Below, piece by piece: positions 29,828 through 45,419 of a DNA stretch of 64,000 nucleotides. The notes below the pieces were generated by a model. The model made no database searches, was not told where the DNA came from, and saw nothing but the letters and a program-made list of their open reading frames with translations. The position numbers and the translations under genes are program-made. Source of the DNA: the human T2T-CHM13v2.0 reference genome, Homo sapiens; NCBI RefSeq assembly GCF_009914755.1, contig NC_060944.1, one strand, 5' to 3'. Position 1 is the stretch's first letter. Each line of letters opens with the position of its first letter.

Positions 29828-31959
29828 AGGAGAGATATCCAAATTAGATGGAGGATGTTAGGGAAGGCTTCCTAGAGCAATCAAATCATGATCTTGGTCT
29901 TAAAGGAAAAGGAGAGTCTAACAGGCACAAGGGTGGGGTTATTCACAAAGACAAGACTGGGTCATGCACGGATGGTATATCCTGCTGAAACACAGGTGAT
30001 GGGGAGCAGGGGTGGGGGGCCAGAAAAAAGGCAATCAGAGAGGTCAAAAGTGACCTGATCAGGAATGGTCTTCATCCTGAGGCTGTGTAAGCAGTGGTGT
30101 CACGTAGGCACAAGAGTTTTAGGGACAACTCCTCTGAGTGCACGGTGAATAATGGGTCTAAGGGAGAGAAACAGACAGGGGGACCAATAAGGAAGTTGTG
30201 TCAATTACATTGAGGAAAGAAATGATGGAGGCATAACTCAAGTAATGGCCACGGGGCTGGAGAGGCAGAGGCAGAGGAACTAGGCCGAGGGTTGGGTTGG
30301 GAGACTGAAAGGACAGGACTTGGTCATGGATTGAATGTAAGGAGCAAGGCATATGGACCAGTACAAAGCTAGTGTTCAACATGCTGGGTGAGTCTCCCCT
30401 TGACCTCCACAATGCCTGCGCAGCCCACATAAGTGGAAGTCTACCTCAATTTCCCTGTGCAGTACCCCAGTACTCTATGCTAGCTTCTCCAAACTATGCC
30501 CAATACACTTCATCCCTTTGCATTTTCATATTCACTTTCACTTACAAAGGGAAGTGAGGTGTACTGGAAAGTAAAAGATCACTGGGTCAGACAGAGGTTG
30601 CCTTGCAATCTCTATTATTTAATGGTGTGACATTAAGCAAGTGATATAACTCCCTTGTGGCTGAGTTTCTTCCCATGTAAAATCAGGGTCATGGTCATAC
30701 CTCACTGGGTCCTTGTGAAGATCAAGTGTAAGTGCCTGAAAAATGACAGGCCCTACATAAACGTGAGTTATTCCTTTCTTCCCATGGCTATTAGCTTTGG
30801 ACCCCTGCACTGGTCTTTCTCCCCATTCCACAGCCTTCTCCTGTAATGGGCCATTCAGCCCAGCGCCTCTAGCCTCCTGAGATGCCCCCTCTGAGCATCT
30901 GAGCTCTCAGGGCATCTTGGGCTCATGCATCACATGTATCACGTTCGATAAAATCAATGTCAGCTTTATGCATGTGGTAGCCACTAATCTCCCACCAGGA
31001 CAGGCAACTCACTTTCAGAAAGCACTGGAGGAAAAACACAGTAGCTGCCATAGCAGAACAAATATGACAAGATGACAAAGTAGAGAGAAAGGGGGTGGTA
31101 GGGAGTGAGGGAAGAAACATGCAATTCAGGGCAACCTGAGTCCAGGAAGCTTCGTCAGTTGCTACGCTACCAGCCACAGAAAGAAAGGCTTACGCAGAAG
31201 GTGTCTGTGGCTTTAGAGATATTGTTATTTTGCAAATTCTTCTCCTTGGCCTATCCCTATGTGCAAGGGGGGAGATGCATAATTAGTCTGTAAGCTGCTG
31301 AAATGGCTAGAAATGACTAGAAGTATCGACTGCTCTGAAGTGTCAGGAAGGGGTGTCCAGATGGATTAAGAGGCTTATCCATAGAGCCTACTCAGTTTGT
31401 GGGAAGAGTTTAAGAGATGACACCCTCCCTTATGCAAAGGAACTGAAAAACGAGCTTCTTCCAAATCCTCCCTCATTCCCCTAGGGCTGCCTCTGCCCCT
31501 GCCGTATCTTGCCTGAAGAGAGACTTAGCACAGCCTAACTCACTGCTCTTTGGGAAAGGACTTCGAAACAACACAATTCTGCAAGGTCCCATAGACCTCT
31601 GTCCCTGTCTCCAAAAGCCATGATTCTGACTAAGCCAGATGGACGCTGGGCTCCAAGAATAGAATTAGTGGCTTCATGCTGTTGTCTACCACAGGTCACT
31701 GCCTCTAGGTGCTTCTGTAGAGGAAGAGAACATGAGGAAACAGGAAGGAAAAGGTAAATATATTGTTTATGACATTGCAGGCACTGTTCTAGGTATTTCT
31801 AACATCTTATTCATGTATTTCTCAAGCATAGGCCCAGGGAACTCAATGACATATACAGTGATTTCCAAGGGCCCATAGAAAGCAAGTCTTTAGCTAGAAC
31901 ATCTTGGAACAAAATCCTGCTTGAAGGTGTTGGGTAGGTTTGAATTTTAACACACACAA

Positions 31960-33650
31960 AAGGTTTCAATGAAATATCACCTTTACACAAATTATTTCAG
32001 AGACTCCAAAGAGAAGAATTACTTCCAAACTTACTTTACAAGCCCAGGATAGCTTTCATTCCAAGACTTCACAAAGATATCACATGAAACTTTTAGGCCA
32101 ATCTCCCTCGTAAACACGTAAACTAAAATCCTACATATTGTATTACCAAGCCAATCCTGTGATATATAAAATGAATAACAGGTTATAACCACATTAAGTT
32201 TATGCTGGGACTACAAGATTGATTTAATATTAGAAAATCAATCAGTATAACTCATCATATTAACAAACTGAAAGATAAAAATCACATAGTTGTCTCAAGA
32301 GATGCTGAGGAAGCACTTGATGGAAATCAACAGCCATTCATGATAAAACTTTTAGAAAACTAGAAATAGAAGGAAAGTCCTATAATCTGACAAAGGGTAT
32401 CTAACACATTACTCTAACATCATAATCAATGGTAAAATACTACACACTTTTCCCTGATTTCCCCAATTCTACTGGTAGTTTTAGCCAATGCAATGAGGCA
32501 AGAAAAAGAAATAAAAGAAATAAATGTTGGAAATGAAGTAATAAAGCTTTCATTATTCATAGACTACATAATTGTGTGTGTAGAAAATTCTTTAAAAATC
32601 TCAAATTATGATAAAAATTAACAAGTTAATTTAGAAAAGTTCCATAGATTAAATATAAACAATTATAAAATGAAATTTAAAAAGTGCCATTTACCCAATC
32701 AATGGTAATAGACATCATAATAATGGTGACCTCTAGGGGAAGGAGTAGTCGACTGGGAAGAAACATGATGAAACTAGGTACCACAATAATTTACACCTTG
32801 ATTTGGAAGATGGTAATATGGGTGTACATGTATATGAAAGACATTGAGCTATCCACATAAGGTTAACGCACTTTATGTCCTTTACTGCATTCTGTTCTAC
32901 TTCAATAACAAACAAATTGAATAATTACTTACAAAAGCACCAGCAAAGTATTAAAATATCTGGGGATGTATATATACCTATATGTGCATATGTGTATATA
33001 CATGTATTCTTCTTCACTGAAAACTGCCAGACATTACTGGGATACATTTTTAAAGATCCAAATAAATGGAGAGATATTCCATGCTCATGAATTAGAAGAA
33101 TCAATATTGTAAAGTTGTATATTCTCCTTATGTTGAAGTATAAGCTATCCTAATAAAATATCTGTCAGGCTTTCTAGACAATTTGACAAACTTATTCTGA
33201 AGTTTATATAAAAATGCAAAAGGCCAGGAATATTCAAAGCAATATTTAAAAAGGAAAAGAAAGTTAGAGAGCTTACCTTTTAGGAAATTAAGATTTATTA
33301 TTAAGCTACAATAATTAAGAAAATGAGGTATTAAGCTACAGTAATTAAGAAATTGAAAAACAGTTCAAGAAACAATGGAGGCAAGAAACAAATCCACATA
33401 TTGATAATCACTTGATCTGTGATACAGCTGACACTTCACTGTGGTAGGAGAAGTGTATTCTCAACAAAACAATTAGGATTATTTAGGCATCCATATGAAA
33501 AAATAACCTTCAACATTGTGCCCTACTTTATACTATAAACAAAGTCAATTCCAGGGTACTATAGACCTATATGTAAAAGGTAAACAATAAGATTTATATA
33601 AAATAGAATGTTTCTGACCCTGGGGTAGGCAAACTATAATCCATAAGGAA
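31960..33650 (+). mobile_element. Old L1M ORF2 fragments
   Basis: Degenerate L1 ORF2 (…KDPNKWRDIPCS in ORF 32875). Confidence 0.75.
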
Positions 33651-33769
33651 ATTAAAGTGGACCACAAGGGTTTCTCACGCTACTCCTTTAGAACCACAAC
33701 CACCTCCCTCCCCACTTCCCCACCTCATCATTCATCCCTGGGAACCACCAATCTGTTTTCTACTTCTAA

Positions 33770-34176
<407 letters not shown>

Positions 34177-34656
34177 AGTCCAAGTTTTTGTGTGCACGGA
34201 TAGTTCATTTATTTTTGTTGCTGTGTAGTTTACATGTGATATACATATGGGTCTATTGTTGTGTTGAATGTTGTTTAACCATTCTCCCGTTAAGGGTCAT
34301 CTAGGCTATTTTCAGGTTTTTGCTATTAAAATAAAACTGCCATGAACAGTTATGTATAGGTTTTTGTGTGAACATAAGTTTTCATTTTTCTGGGGTAAAT
34401 TCCTTGGAGTTCAATCTCTGGGTCATATGGAATTCAGAACTATCAAACTGCTTTCCACAGCGGCTACATCATTTTACATTACTACTATCAATGCATGAGT
34501 GGTCCAGTTCCTCACCTGTACTACTATTGTCACTATTTCTTTTTAGCCATTCTGATAAGTATGTAGTGATGTTTCACTGTGGTTTTAATTTATACTACCT
34601 TAATGGCTAATAGCATGGAACATCTTTTCAAGTGTTTATCTGCCATCTGTACAGCC

Positions 34657-34880
34657 TAGTGCAGCTTGATAGCTGGTTCTGGCTGGGGTCACTCAGAAGG
34701 CTGCAAACAGGATGTCTACTGTGGCTACAGTCCTCTCAGGGCCTGACTAGGATAGGATCTGCTTCCAAGCTCACAGAGCTCCTGGCTGTCTTCAGAAGAC
34801 CCACTGCAAAGATCATGCATGGCCAGGCGGGGGTGGCTCATGCCTGTAATCCCAGCCCTTTGGGAGGCCGAGGCGGGAGG
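34657..34880 (+). repeat. Inverted copy of 36536-36758 (MLT1 piece plus Alu 5' end)
   Basis: 153/164 identity in the non-Alu part by manual alignment. Confidence 0.95.
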
Positions 34881-35750
34881 GTGAAATATCTCATCATATC
34901 TTTTGCAAATTTTCTAATTGTTTTGTCATTGAGTTTTAAGAATTCTTGATATATTCTAGACATTAGTCCTTTGTCATATATATGGTTGGCAAATATTTTC
35001 TTTCACTCTGTAGCTTATCTTTTCATCCTCCTTGCCTGAGCTTTCACAGAGCAAAAATTTTAACTTTAATAAGGTTCAATTTATCAATTTTTCAGTTAGA
35101 AATCATGCTTTTGATGTCAGGTCTGTATTAACTTTTTACTTTTAATTATACTCAAATGTATCAGAGCTCACAAATCCATTCAGATTCCTGATGAAATGGT
35201 GTTCAGTCAAATATTTGGTTCACAAACACACAACTACGCTTGATTCTATTTCCTACCATAGAGTTTCTGAATAACAGATATGCTGAAAAATATGTCTGGA
35301 TTGTTTTGAAAGTTTTAGTGGTATTTATTTTTTAGAAGTTTGATATTTTAAAAATTATGTTTTCGGTCAGGATGATGAATAGTTAATTTAAAATAAGAAA
35401 ATTAAAGAATATACTCAAAACTGTGGAAAAGATGGAAGACCATACAATTTGGAACAACCTACAAACTGGGAAGCATGTATCCAACACAGCACTGTCCTTC
35501 AGAGTCTCTTCATTGAACTTAACAAGGAAGAAGATGGGATCACTACCCCAAGTTCAATTAATGATTCATTAGTAAGCAGCTGTCAATCTGGAAAATGTAA
35601 GATAGACTTAGATACTTAATATGTGACTTTTACTACTGTAAATCTTCAAAGGGCTAAAACTTGATATCTCTCATGCAAGAAAATCTGGCAACATCTGCAT
35701 AAGACCATCACTGCTGTGGTGATATTTAAAGACCAATTATTGGCAGCCTG

Positions 35751-36847
<1,097 letters not shown>

Positions 36848-38369
36848 ATACTCCATAGATAGCTAATAATGTAGCTTAATATTACCAGACTTTTTTTGTG
36901 TCTTAAAAAAGTCTTAGCTTGAAGTTAATATAATAAAAAGGTACAAGCGGATGCACCAGAGAAAAAAACAAAACAAATAAACAAAAAAAGAAACAGAAAA
37001 ACTTGACACTTCCTTTAACATCAGTTTCAGAATCACCATTGAAGGTGAAGCTTAGAAAGTAGGCAAAAGCCTGGAGAAGATGTGGCTGAATCTGTTTCAG
37101 ATAAACATAAAAGGATACGGGTTACTGTTATTGAAGGACACTGTCAAAGGAGGCATTTTAATGCACTTCAAGTGTGTCCAAACATTTGGTTAACCCAGTG
37201 TTTTATTTTACAGTGGTAAATAAACATGCGCAACTTCTGGCCATTTTATACATTTCCTCTGTATATTCTATGATCCTGATATCAAGGAAGACATTAACTT
37301 GCAAATTACTCGAAAGGAAGATAACCGGTAAGGAAATGGTCAGTAAGATATGGATGGATGTTTGCACACATGGAACTCAATACAAAACAGACACGGCCAT
37401 GGGGCAGACACTGGGTCTTCACACACACAGCAAGGATTGTTAATTCAAATGTTCCAGCACGTGAAGCATCACTTAATAATAAAGCTCGTCCTAAAATCTA
37501 CTTCTTTATTTCATCAATGGGGTGGTAAAAAAGTAGGAAAAATGGAAAAAACTCGCCTTTGTGGGCATGTACACAATAAAATGAGAAGTGAATTTGAAAG
37601 CATGCTCTGCTTCAAAGATATACCTTGGCCTATTCAATGGGGCACATTGATGGTCTCAGTGAAATTGCCATCATTCTTCATTGAGGAAGAACACATATAA
37701 GCAATAACAAAGTTCTCTTAAAATTCTTGCCTAAAGCCTCATCTAGATCTTAATCAGTAAAGCAATCTGCTTAAAGCCACATATAACAAAGAACACACAG
37801 GTTTAATGTAGCAATTTTCCCGAAGTATTAACTTTTTTTAAAAAAAGAATTGATCTCTAATCGTATCATTCCTATAGAGCTCTTCACAGCTTGCAGGCAT
37901 TTATGGACTCTTCAAATTGCCCCATGAACTTCCTCTCCTACCTTTGATTCCCCTAAAGGAAAGGAAATGTAACTTTGATTGTATGTTCCTAGTTGGAAAC
38001 CCAACAAGGTTTCCCAACAGCTAGTGTGTACTCAAGATTGACCCTGAACTATCGATGTTCTGCCCAGAAGGCTGATGTGAGCACATTTAGGGGTTTTAAG
38101 GTCAATTCAAAAGCTAAAGTAACCAGTTCCTTTACAGACAAGAAGCATAAACTGGGCCTCTCTAAGAAATGAGGTGTGTCATTATGAAAACTGCAGGGCT
38201 TAATGCTTACAGGACCCCTCTGAAAGGACTAAATTGTACCCACACCTAAATGGCAAACGCCTGGGTCCCTCCAAGTCCATTTCCAACTAAGGTCCAAGTA
38301 CTGCTTTTACTAAAAGTCCTTTGTATTAAGCTATCCCACTCTAAAAAAAATATCTTCATGGGTTGCACC

Positions 38370-38730
38370 AGTGGCCTCAAACTTGGCTGCACATTAGAAT
38401 CATGCAGAGAAGTTTTGGAGTTCCTAATGCTTAGGTCTCAACCCTTACCAATGAAATCAGAATCTATGCGGGAAGTTAAAATTGTCAAAAATTCCCTAGT
38501 TGTCTCCAATATGCAGCCAAGTTGGAGAAACATTGGGAGGCATCATTTATTCATTCATCCAAAGATTTCCTGAACACTCATTATATGCTTGGCCTCTAGG
38601 TGATTCCCCAACCGCCCGGGTCTTTGGGTGGTCATGTCTTATGCATCTCTGTGTGTCTAACTCTAGCATCAGAGGCAACAATGAATGCATACATGAATGA
38701 ATGAATGAATGAATGAATGAACGAACAAAT
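38370..38730. mobile_element. MER5-like fragment plus L2 ends with (GAAT)n
   Basis: cagtggcctcaaacttggctgcacattagaatca...gcagccaagttggagaaacattg; (TGAA)n at 38681-38725. Confidence 0.65.
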
Positions 38731-41700
38731 AAATGGCCCTTCTTATCTGCCTCTCCCTGACTTGGGATACAGGAAGGATTTCTAATGCTTACAGATAGCT
38801 CTGCATAGATTAACCCAACAAACAACTAACAACGATGTAGTAATAATGCCTGAAAAACTTGGCAATGAAGAGGAGAGACGATGGAGAAGAAATCTAGTCT
38901 CATGATGTTTTCTTTGCAAACAACCTAAAAAGGAGTAAAAAGCACAGTCTCAAGGGACCAGTGCATTACCTCTTACTCTATACTCCCACGGAATCCTTAG
39001 GCATTGAGACACCTCACATATTTACACTGATCACATCTGAACAATGCCACCTCACATATTTACACTGATCACATCTGAAATATACATGGTCACATACACC
39101 AAATCACATCTCAAGTATATGTGATCATTTTGCACCTGCTGAAATAGTTTCTTCCTTCAAGGCCCTGTTAATATTGCATCTGCTTGAGAAAGCCTTCTAG
39201 GAGACCAGCAGCCTCCCTGACATGTTCCAAAGTGCAGTACATGAGATTAAATAAGGTGCACACTCATGGATATTTACTTATAAATTATTTTAATAGTCAA
39301 AAATGTACATTAACTTGTAAAAGAAGACAGACTTCCTTCTATCATAGTAATATGCACTCTCATTTGAAAAATCAAGGAAAGCATGTGTCATTTTTAAAAA
39401 GCAATAATATGAAACACATAAGAGAACAGATGGGAAAAACTCATGAAGGGGACACAGGAAAGACTTTAGTGTGGGAAACTCAGCTAGAAGCCTTTGTAGT
39501 CTACATAGTCCTGTTACCCTCTGCATTGTGTCAGTATCATGTCTGTGTCTTTTTCCCCTACAAGAGAGTCATCACAGGGCAGGGATTATGGCCAATCATG
39601 CTTGCACTCCTCACTACGCCAAGTACAGTGCCTTACAAAGGAATTCTGAATCGACAAAATTTTTCTGTGATTGTGTTACCAGTCCCATTTAGGTTAAAAG
39701 CAATTGACAAAAAAAGTAAGCCCACAAACTAATTTGGGTCATTGCTAAAAATATAAAATTGATATTATTCTCAGAAGCAGCCCTAAATAGATGACGTGTC
39801 ATGTGCCGCTTTCCTACCTACCCATCTTTCCAGGTCTTGATCCTTCTCCCTGACAACAGCAGTGAGACCCTGACCCCTGATTTCTTCTCTACCAGCTTGG
39901 CCACTGGGCAGTGAATCCAGGAAAGCACTTAAGTCACAAGAGATTTGAAAGATTTCTTGACATAGCACTCGACCATCTCTAACCTAGCGTTTGGGGATTT
40001 TTCAGAAAATTATCTCTGACAAAACGAAACACAAACCTCATTTCGATGTGACCACCAGCTTGAGAAGCCCACGGAAGTCACCTTGCCCTTCTCGCCTGAG
40101 CTCTGTGTGATGCAGCTCCTGGGGTCTCTCCACAGCAGGCAGTCCTCTCCTGTCCCTCCCACTGAGCCTCAGCCCCCATCAAGAAGCCTGGAGGCTGGCA
40201 GGCCCCCCTCACACAAGCTGTGTGGTATAAAAGGATCTGACATGGCTTAGGAAACAGACGCAGAGCGCCTCGACTACACCGCGGATATTTTCTCAGTTTA
40301 AAAAAATGTGTTCTCACTTAAGAATGCTAATGGCCCATGCACAGAAATAAAATCCCTGACCTACTTTGAAGCTGAACTTATTAAACAAGCCGACCTTATT
40401 ACTCAGAAGAGACTGTAAAACAGTAGAATAAAGCCCAAATAGAATTCCTCGCATCCCTCGTTAACAGGAGCAGCCAAGAAAAGCACAAAAGGATGTCAGA
40501 GCCCTGGGCTGGGAGTCAGAAACCAGGGCCTGGTCCAGCTTTTTGATGACTTTCTGTGTGGCCTGGGATAAGTCACCATCCCTCTCTGGCTCTCAGAACC
40601 CTCATCTAGGGGCTGGACAAGGAGGTCTCTGAGGCCATTTCCACCTACTATAACTGGAGATCTTATTTTTTAGGAGCGTAATGTTAAAGTAAAATAAAAA
40701 TCAATTATCAAGGGCATATTATCAGACACACTAAGACAGGTGAGGGAGTAAGATGGACATTCTGCCTCCTAGGAGCCTATAGCCAGGCAGAGCCAGTGGG
40801 GGCGGTCCACACTGATTAATGGATTTATTTCCCAACAGCAATTTGAAAGCCGCCACAAGGCTACATACAGCAGACATAACACAACTTGTGTCTGCAACAA
40901 GAATTCCCTCTGGCTCTCCACCTGACAACTCAGTTTAGTCGAATGAATCTTTCGGTGTATTTTAAACCACCGCAGAGTCATGAGTGGCCATCCGTAAGTT
41001 ATAATCAAATTTATCACACTGGGAAGGAAGAGAGTGGGGATACATTTCCACGGGATTTTAGGGCAGTAATGTGAGTCATTCCTGCTCATTCTGGAGAAAA
41101 TCCTGGAACTGCAAGGTAAGTTATCCAAACCAGAATCAGAGAAAGGCAGGGAAGGTCACTGATGTAACAGTAGGCATTAGTAACCCACACAACAGTAGAT
41201 TAGTCAGTAATGATAGGTGCTACCGTGGGATGCTTAAATGATGTTACTGAGAAAATGTCATGGTGCAATGTAATTAGAGGGCCCCCTTTTCAAATTTCAG
41301 GCTCAGAGACTCTTCTCTTCATTGACTCTTTAGCATATGCTCAACCTCACAGAGCTCAGAAAAGAAAGCCAGCGGAGAGAAGAAATTCCCCAAAAAGGGA
41401 CAAGTGGACCTGGGGTTTACATTGAGAATTGCAAATCCCATAGTCTCTCCCAGGCATGGCCAGGGTGAACTCAGGACTTGAAATGGTGTGCACAAATTCC
41501 AAGGCAGAGCAAGATGTGGGCAATCCTATAGAGACTGGATGTCCGCAATTGGAGAATGTGGTGTCCCAGGGAAAGATTTAGAAGGGTCCCACCAAGAAGA
41601 CACTTGGATCACGAGCTCTGCTGTCATCGTTTTCATAGTCCTCACACTAAGTAGCCTGCTACAGTGCTCCATACCTTGGAGGTATTTGAGTCCCCAAAGG

Positions 41701-43740
41701 TACTGTGGAACAGCTAGATCTAGAGTTCTTGTTTCTGCCCATTTTACAGATACGAGCACTGAGATTCAGAGAGATATACGCAAGGCCATAGAGGTATCAA
41801 GTGGCAAAACAGGTAAGAGTGTGTGCAGCCCCGCGTCACCGAGGTTAACCCTTACCCTAACCCGACTCTAATCCCAGCCCCTCCCTCTCTGTTTACCCAC
41901 TTCCCACTTGTCACACTTGCTTAACCTCAAATTTCCCACAGCTGCTAATCACAGTCTGCACCCACCAATCACATCCTGTTCCACCCTCATGAGTATCCTC
42001 CCACCTCCTGTGGGAGTGTTGCTGAACTTTGAACAGAGTGTTCTTTGTCCTCCACTATTGGTGCTTGTATCATGATGGGCCTATTCTGACAGCTATTCTT
42101 TGAGCTGTTTGGGGTGTCTCCATGTTGTTGGGCCCAGAAGGTATTCTCTTCATCTTCTCAATGTGCAATGCTCATTAACATCTCCAGGGATCAACACGGA
42201 TAATAAAGAGGAAGCAGAGAGCCCAAGGTTGCAAGGAAGGCAAACCACAACCTTGCTGCAGAGGCTTTAAAAGGCTGGGGTGAAAAGTCATTTGAATGTT
42301 TCCAGTCCTGAATGCATTCTCTGTACTGCATCTGACAAAGCTCCCTTGACACACTGAACCCCCATGGATCCTTTTCCCCCTAGCAAAGGGAGCAAAACTC
42401 TTAACAATCTACTTCAGTGCATCTCCATAAACAGTGGCCGTCCAGCACCCCTGGGAGGGCTGCCCTGTGTCCTGTAATGAATGCAGGCCCATGGAAAGTA
42501 TTGTAAAGATCCACAGCCCTACAGAACTTTGAGAACACTGTTCTATCACCATTAACCTACAGTGGGAAACAGAGGCCAAGAGGTAGCAAGGTGGTGTTTA
42601 TCAAGTTCCCTTAGAAAGTCAGTGGCAGAGCTAGAACCAGATCTTCTTGATTCAAAGGCTCTACCTAACACAGTTTATACTTCCCTGAGCATCCCTGAGG
42701 AGAACATCTCTTAGTTTTGTTTTTGCCTCTCAAATTCAATTCACAATTCTTCTGGTTAAGCACCTTCGCAAATTTCTCTTAAAGACCCCTATCCCATAGC
42801 CAGCCCATATGGTTTGGGATTTATCCTGCCAGCAGCAGGGTATGATCAGAGTAGGTTCAGATTAGCTTAAGTCAATCAGCATATCTACTTTCCCACTCCC
42901 ATAGTTTAGGGATGGACACACGACCCAATTCTGCCCAACTGCAATCATAAATAGTTTATTCATCCATAAGGGAGAATGCTGGGATTAGTACTGCTGCAGA
43001 CTTCATCTGACCATGTGGGGCCAGAGAATAAGAATGTGGAGAAAGGGAAAGAGAGACACAGAGAGAGAGAGAGAGACAGAGACAGACACACCAGAATTCT
43101 ATGGAAGTGCTGTTTGAACCTTTAATTAGCTCACACTGGAAGCCAGTAAAACCTATTCATTGACTATTTCCATAAAAAAAATTCCTCTGTTGAGTAACAA
43201 AAACAAAGATAGTAGAAAAGAAAGGAGGAAAGAAAAGAAAAAAGAGACAGAAAAGGAAATAAGAGAAAAGTAAAGAAAGAGCATTGTTACCAGGAGTGGG
43301 GTGAATGGAAGTTGAACCCCAACCTAAAAGTGGTCTTGGCTATGGTAGGCAGAGCTATGTGCAGTGGGCCCAGCAACATAGAGTTCTCATGATCCAACTG
43401 ATGCTCCTCTTTCTGCTCCTTTTACTGCAACCCAGGTTTTATTTATTAAACCTCAGCTCTTGGAAGACGAAGCTTAGAGACCATCTAGCCTCACTCCTTC
43501 CATTTACTACACAGAAAAGCTTATCTCAAAGAGGGAAGGAACTTATCCAAGGCCATACAAGAATCCAAGGAACAGTCACTTATAGAAACATCACGTGTGC
43601 CTTAGAGAGCTTTGTAAAACCAGATGCCACCTCTACTTGCCCCTGCACACGAGCTCTCTGCGGCTTCCTACTGTGCTCTAAGAAATAGAAAAGCAGCTCC
43701 TGTCATCCGGGGTTTGGTCCTATCAGCTAAAACTTGATGT

Positions 43741-44268
43741 TGTTGGAAGCTGGCCCAACTTTCTCACCCAGGCCATTTTGTTCCCCTATTGGACCTAAAC
43801 AATCTTACACAACACCAAGATCAGGTCAGGTCATTCTGTAGCCACAGTGAAGTGATAAGGAGCAAGATGACTTCATATTTTTTTTTCTAAGCAAGACAAA
43901 ACCAAGGTCACTGTGCAAATCGCAAAATACCATGTATCTTTCTTGTCCAGCTCAAATGAGTGGCTGCCGCAACTCTACCAATTATAGCTTTAATCTTGCT
44001 CTACTATTATCCCCTTCTAGATTAGGTTTCCTCAGATATTCAATCATAGAATTGTCCCCACTTCCTAACAGCTCAATCTAGAAAAAACTCCACCCCCTTG
44101 ATGTCTCCCAAAATCATCCATCCAAAGCCCAAATCCCTTAACACTGTCTTGCCGAGACACCCCATGGTTCTCTGTGGTGTACATTCTCCCTCACTACAAT
44201 AAGTCATAAACCCAACTTGTTCAACTATGGGTGTGTTCCTAATGGTCTTTAGCTGGAAGGCGTTGATA
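43741..44268 (+). mobile_element. MER31-like ERV1 solo LTR
   Basis: tgttggaagc...cataaacccaacttgttcaactatgggtgtgttcc...gaaggcgttgata. Confidence 0.65.
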
Positions 44269-44763
44269 TCCAAAAAAAAAAAAAAAGTTCCACTTCCTTT
44301 CCTGATACAGAATTCTTTCCATAATCAAGCTTTCCTATTGAGTCCACCTCCATGTCATGCATGCCATCTTGTGCCATGGCAAACTAAATACCATTCTGGG
44401 CCTTTCTACCTTCCACATTCAGATCCTGTTAACTGGAAAACCCCTCTTCTCTGATCCTCTGACAGAACTAATTTGGGAAGCCTTCTCTGACCCCAGGTAG
44501 ACAAAACAAACCCTCATGCCTCTCTGCTACTTCCCTATGCTGCACACACACTGTTATGCACCCATCACACCGAACTGTAATTATGCATAACCCCAGACTG
44601 CAAAGCTCTCTGAAGGAAAGGGTCATGTAGGGGCTGATACAGAATAGAGGCTCCAGGTATTGGCTGTTTACTTTCTTCCTACACTGAAATGAATACCTTT
44701 CCTATTCGATTGTTGTCATACTTCAAATCATATTCCAAATAAGCATCAAAAATAATAACATGC

Positions 44764-45065
44764 GGCCGGGCGTGGTGGCTCATACCTGTAATCCCAGCAC
44801 TTTGGGAGATTGAGGCAGGCAGATCACCTGAGGTCGGAAGTTCGAGACCAGCCTGACCAACATGGAGAAACCCCATCTCTACTAAAAATACAAAATCAGC
44901 TGGGCATGGTGGTGCATGCCTGTAATCCCAGCTACTCAGGAGGCTGAGGCAGGAGAATCACTTTAACCCGGGAGGCAGAGGTTGCCCTGAGCCAAGATTG
45001 CACTACTGCACCCCAGCATGGGCAAAAAGAGTGAAATTGTATCTCGAAATAATAATAATAATAAT
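44764..45065 (+). mobile_element. AluSp with (AAT)n tail split by an LTR
   Basis: Sp diagnostics (gaggtcgg...ctgaccaacatggagaaacc); TSD aataataacatgc (44751) / aatgataatgtgc (45428). Confidence 0.93.
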
Positions 45066-45419
45066 TGTTACACACGTCCATATAAAAGGCTACTTGAGCA
45101 GGCTTAGAGTGAGCAACAAGGCTGTTTATTCACTTGGGTGCAAGTGGGCTGAGTCCGAGAAAGGAGTCAGCGAAGGGTGGTGGGATTATCGTTGGTTCTT
45201 ATAGGTTTGGGATAGGTGGTGGAGTTAGGAGCAATTTTTGCAGGCAGCATTCACAAGGGCGGGGTGGGGGGAGGTGCGGGGGTGTATTGTCACTAGGGTG
45301 GGGAGGAATGTTACAAAGTACATTCACAAGGAAAGGGAATATCACAAAGTACATTATCACAAGGACAGGGAATGTCACGATGGCTTGACCATGGTGTGGC
45401 TAGCTCAGAGGACCTTACA
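45066..45419 (-). mobile_element. HERV-H/F-superfamily solo LTR (LTR21A-like)
   Basis: Minus strand TGTAAGGTCCTCTGAG...CCTATAAG...CTTCGCTGACTCC...CGGACTCAGCCC...AATAAACAGCC...TAACA; 5-bp TSD ATAAT. Confidence 0.85.

Noticed and set aside
39184-39732. 182-aa ORF
   Set aside because: Non-ATG start, no recognisable domain, AT-rich and partly repeat-derived; consistent with chance.
41846-41874. Telomere-like TAACCC units
   Set aside because: Only about three imperfect units; too short to call an interstitial telomere.
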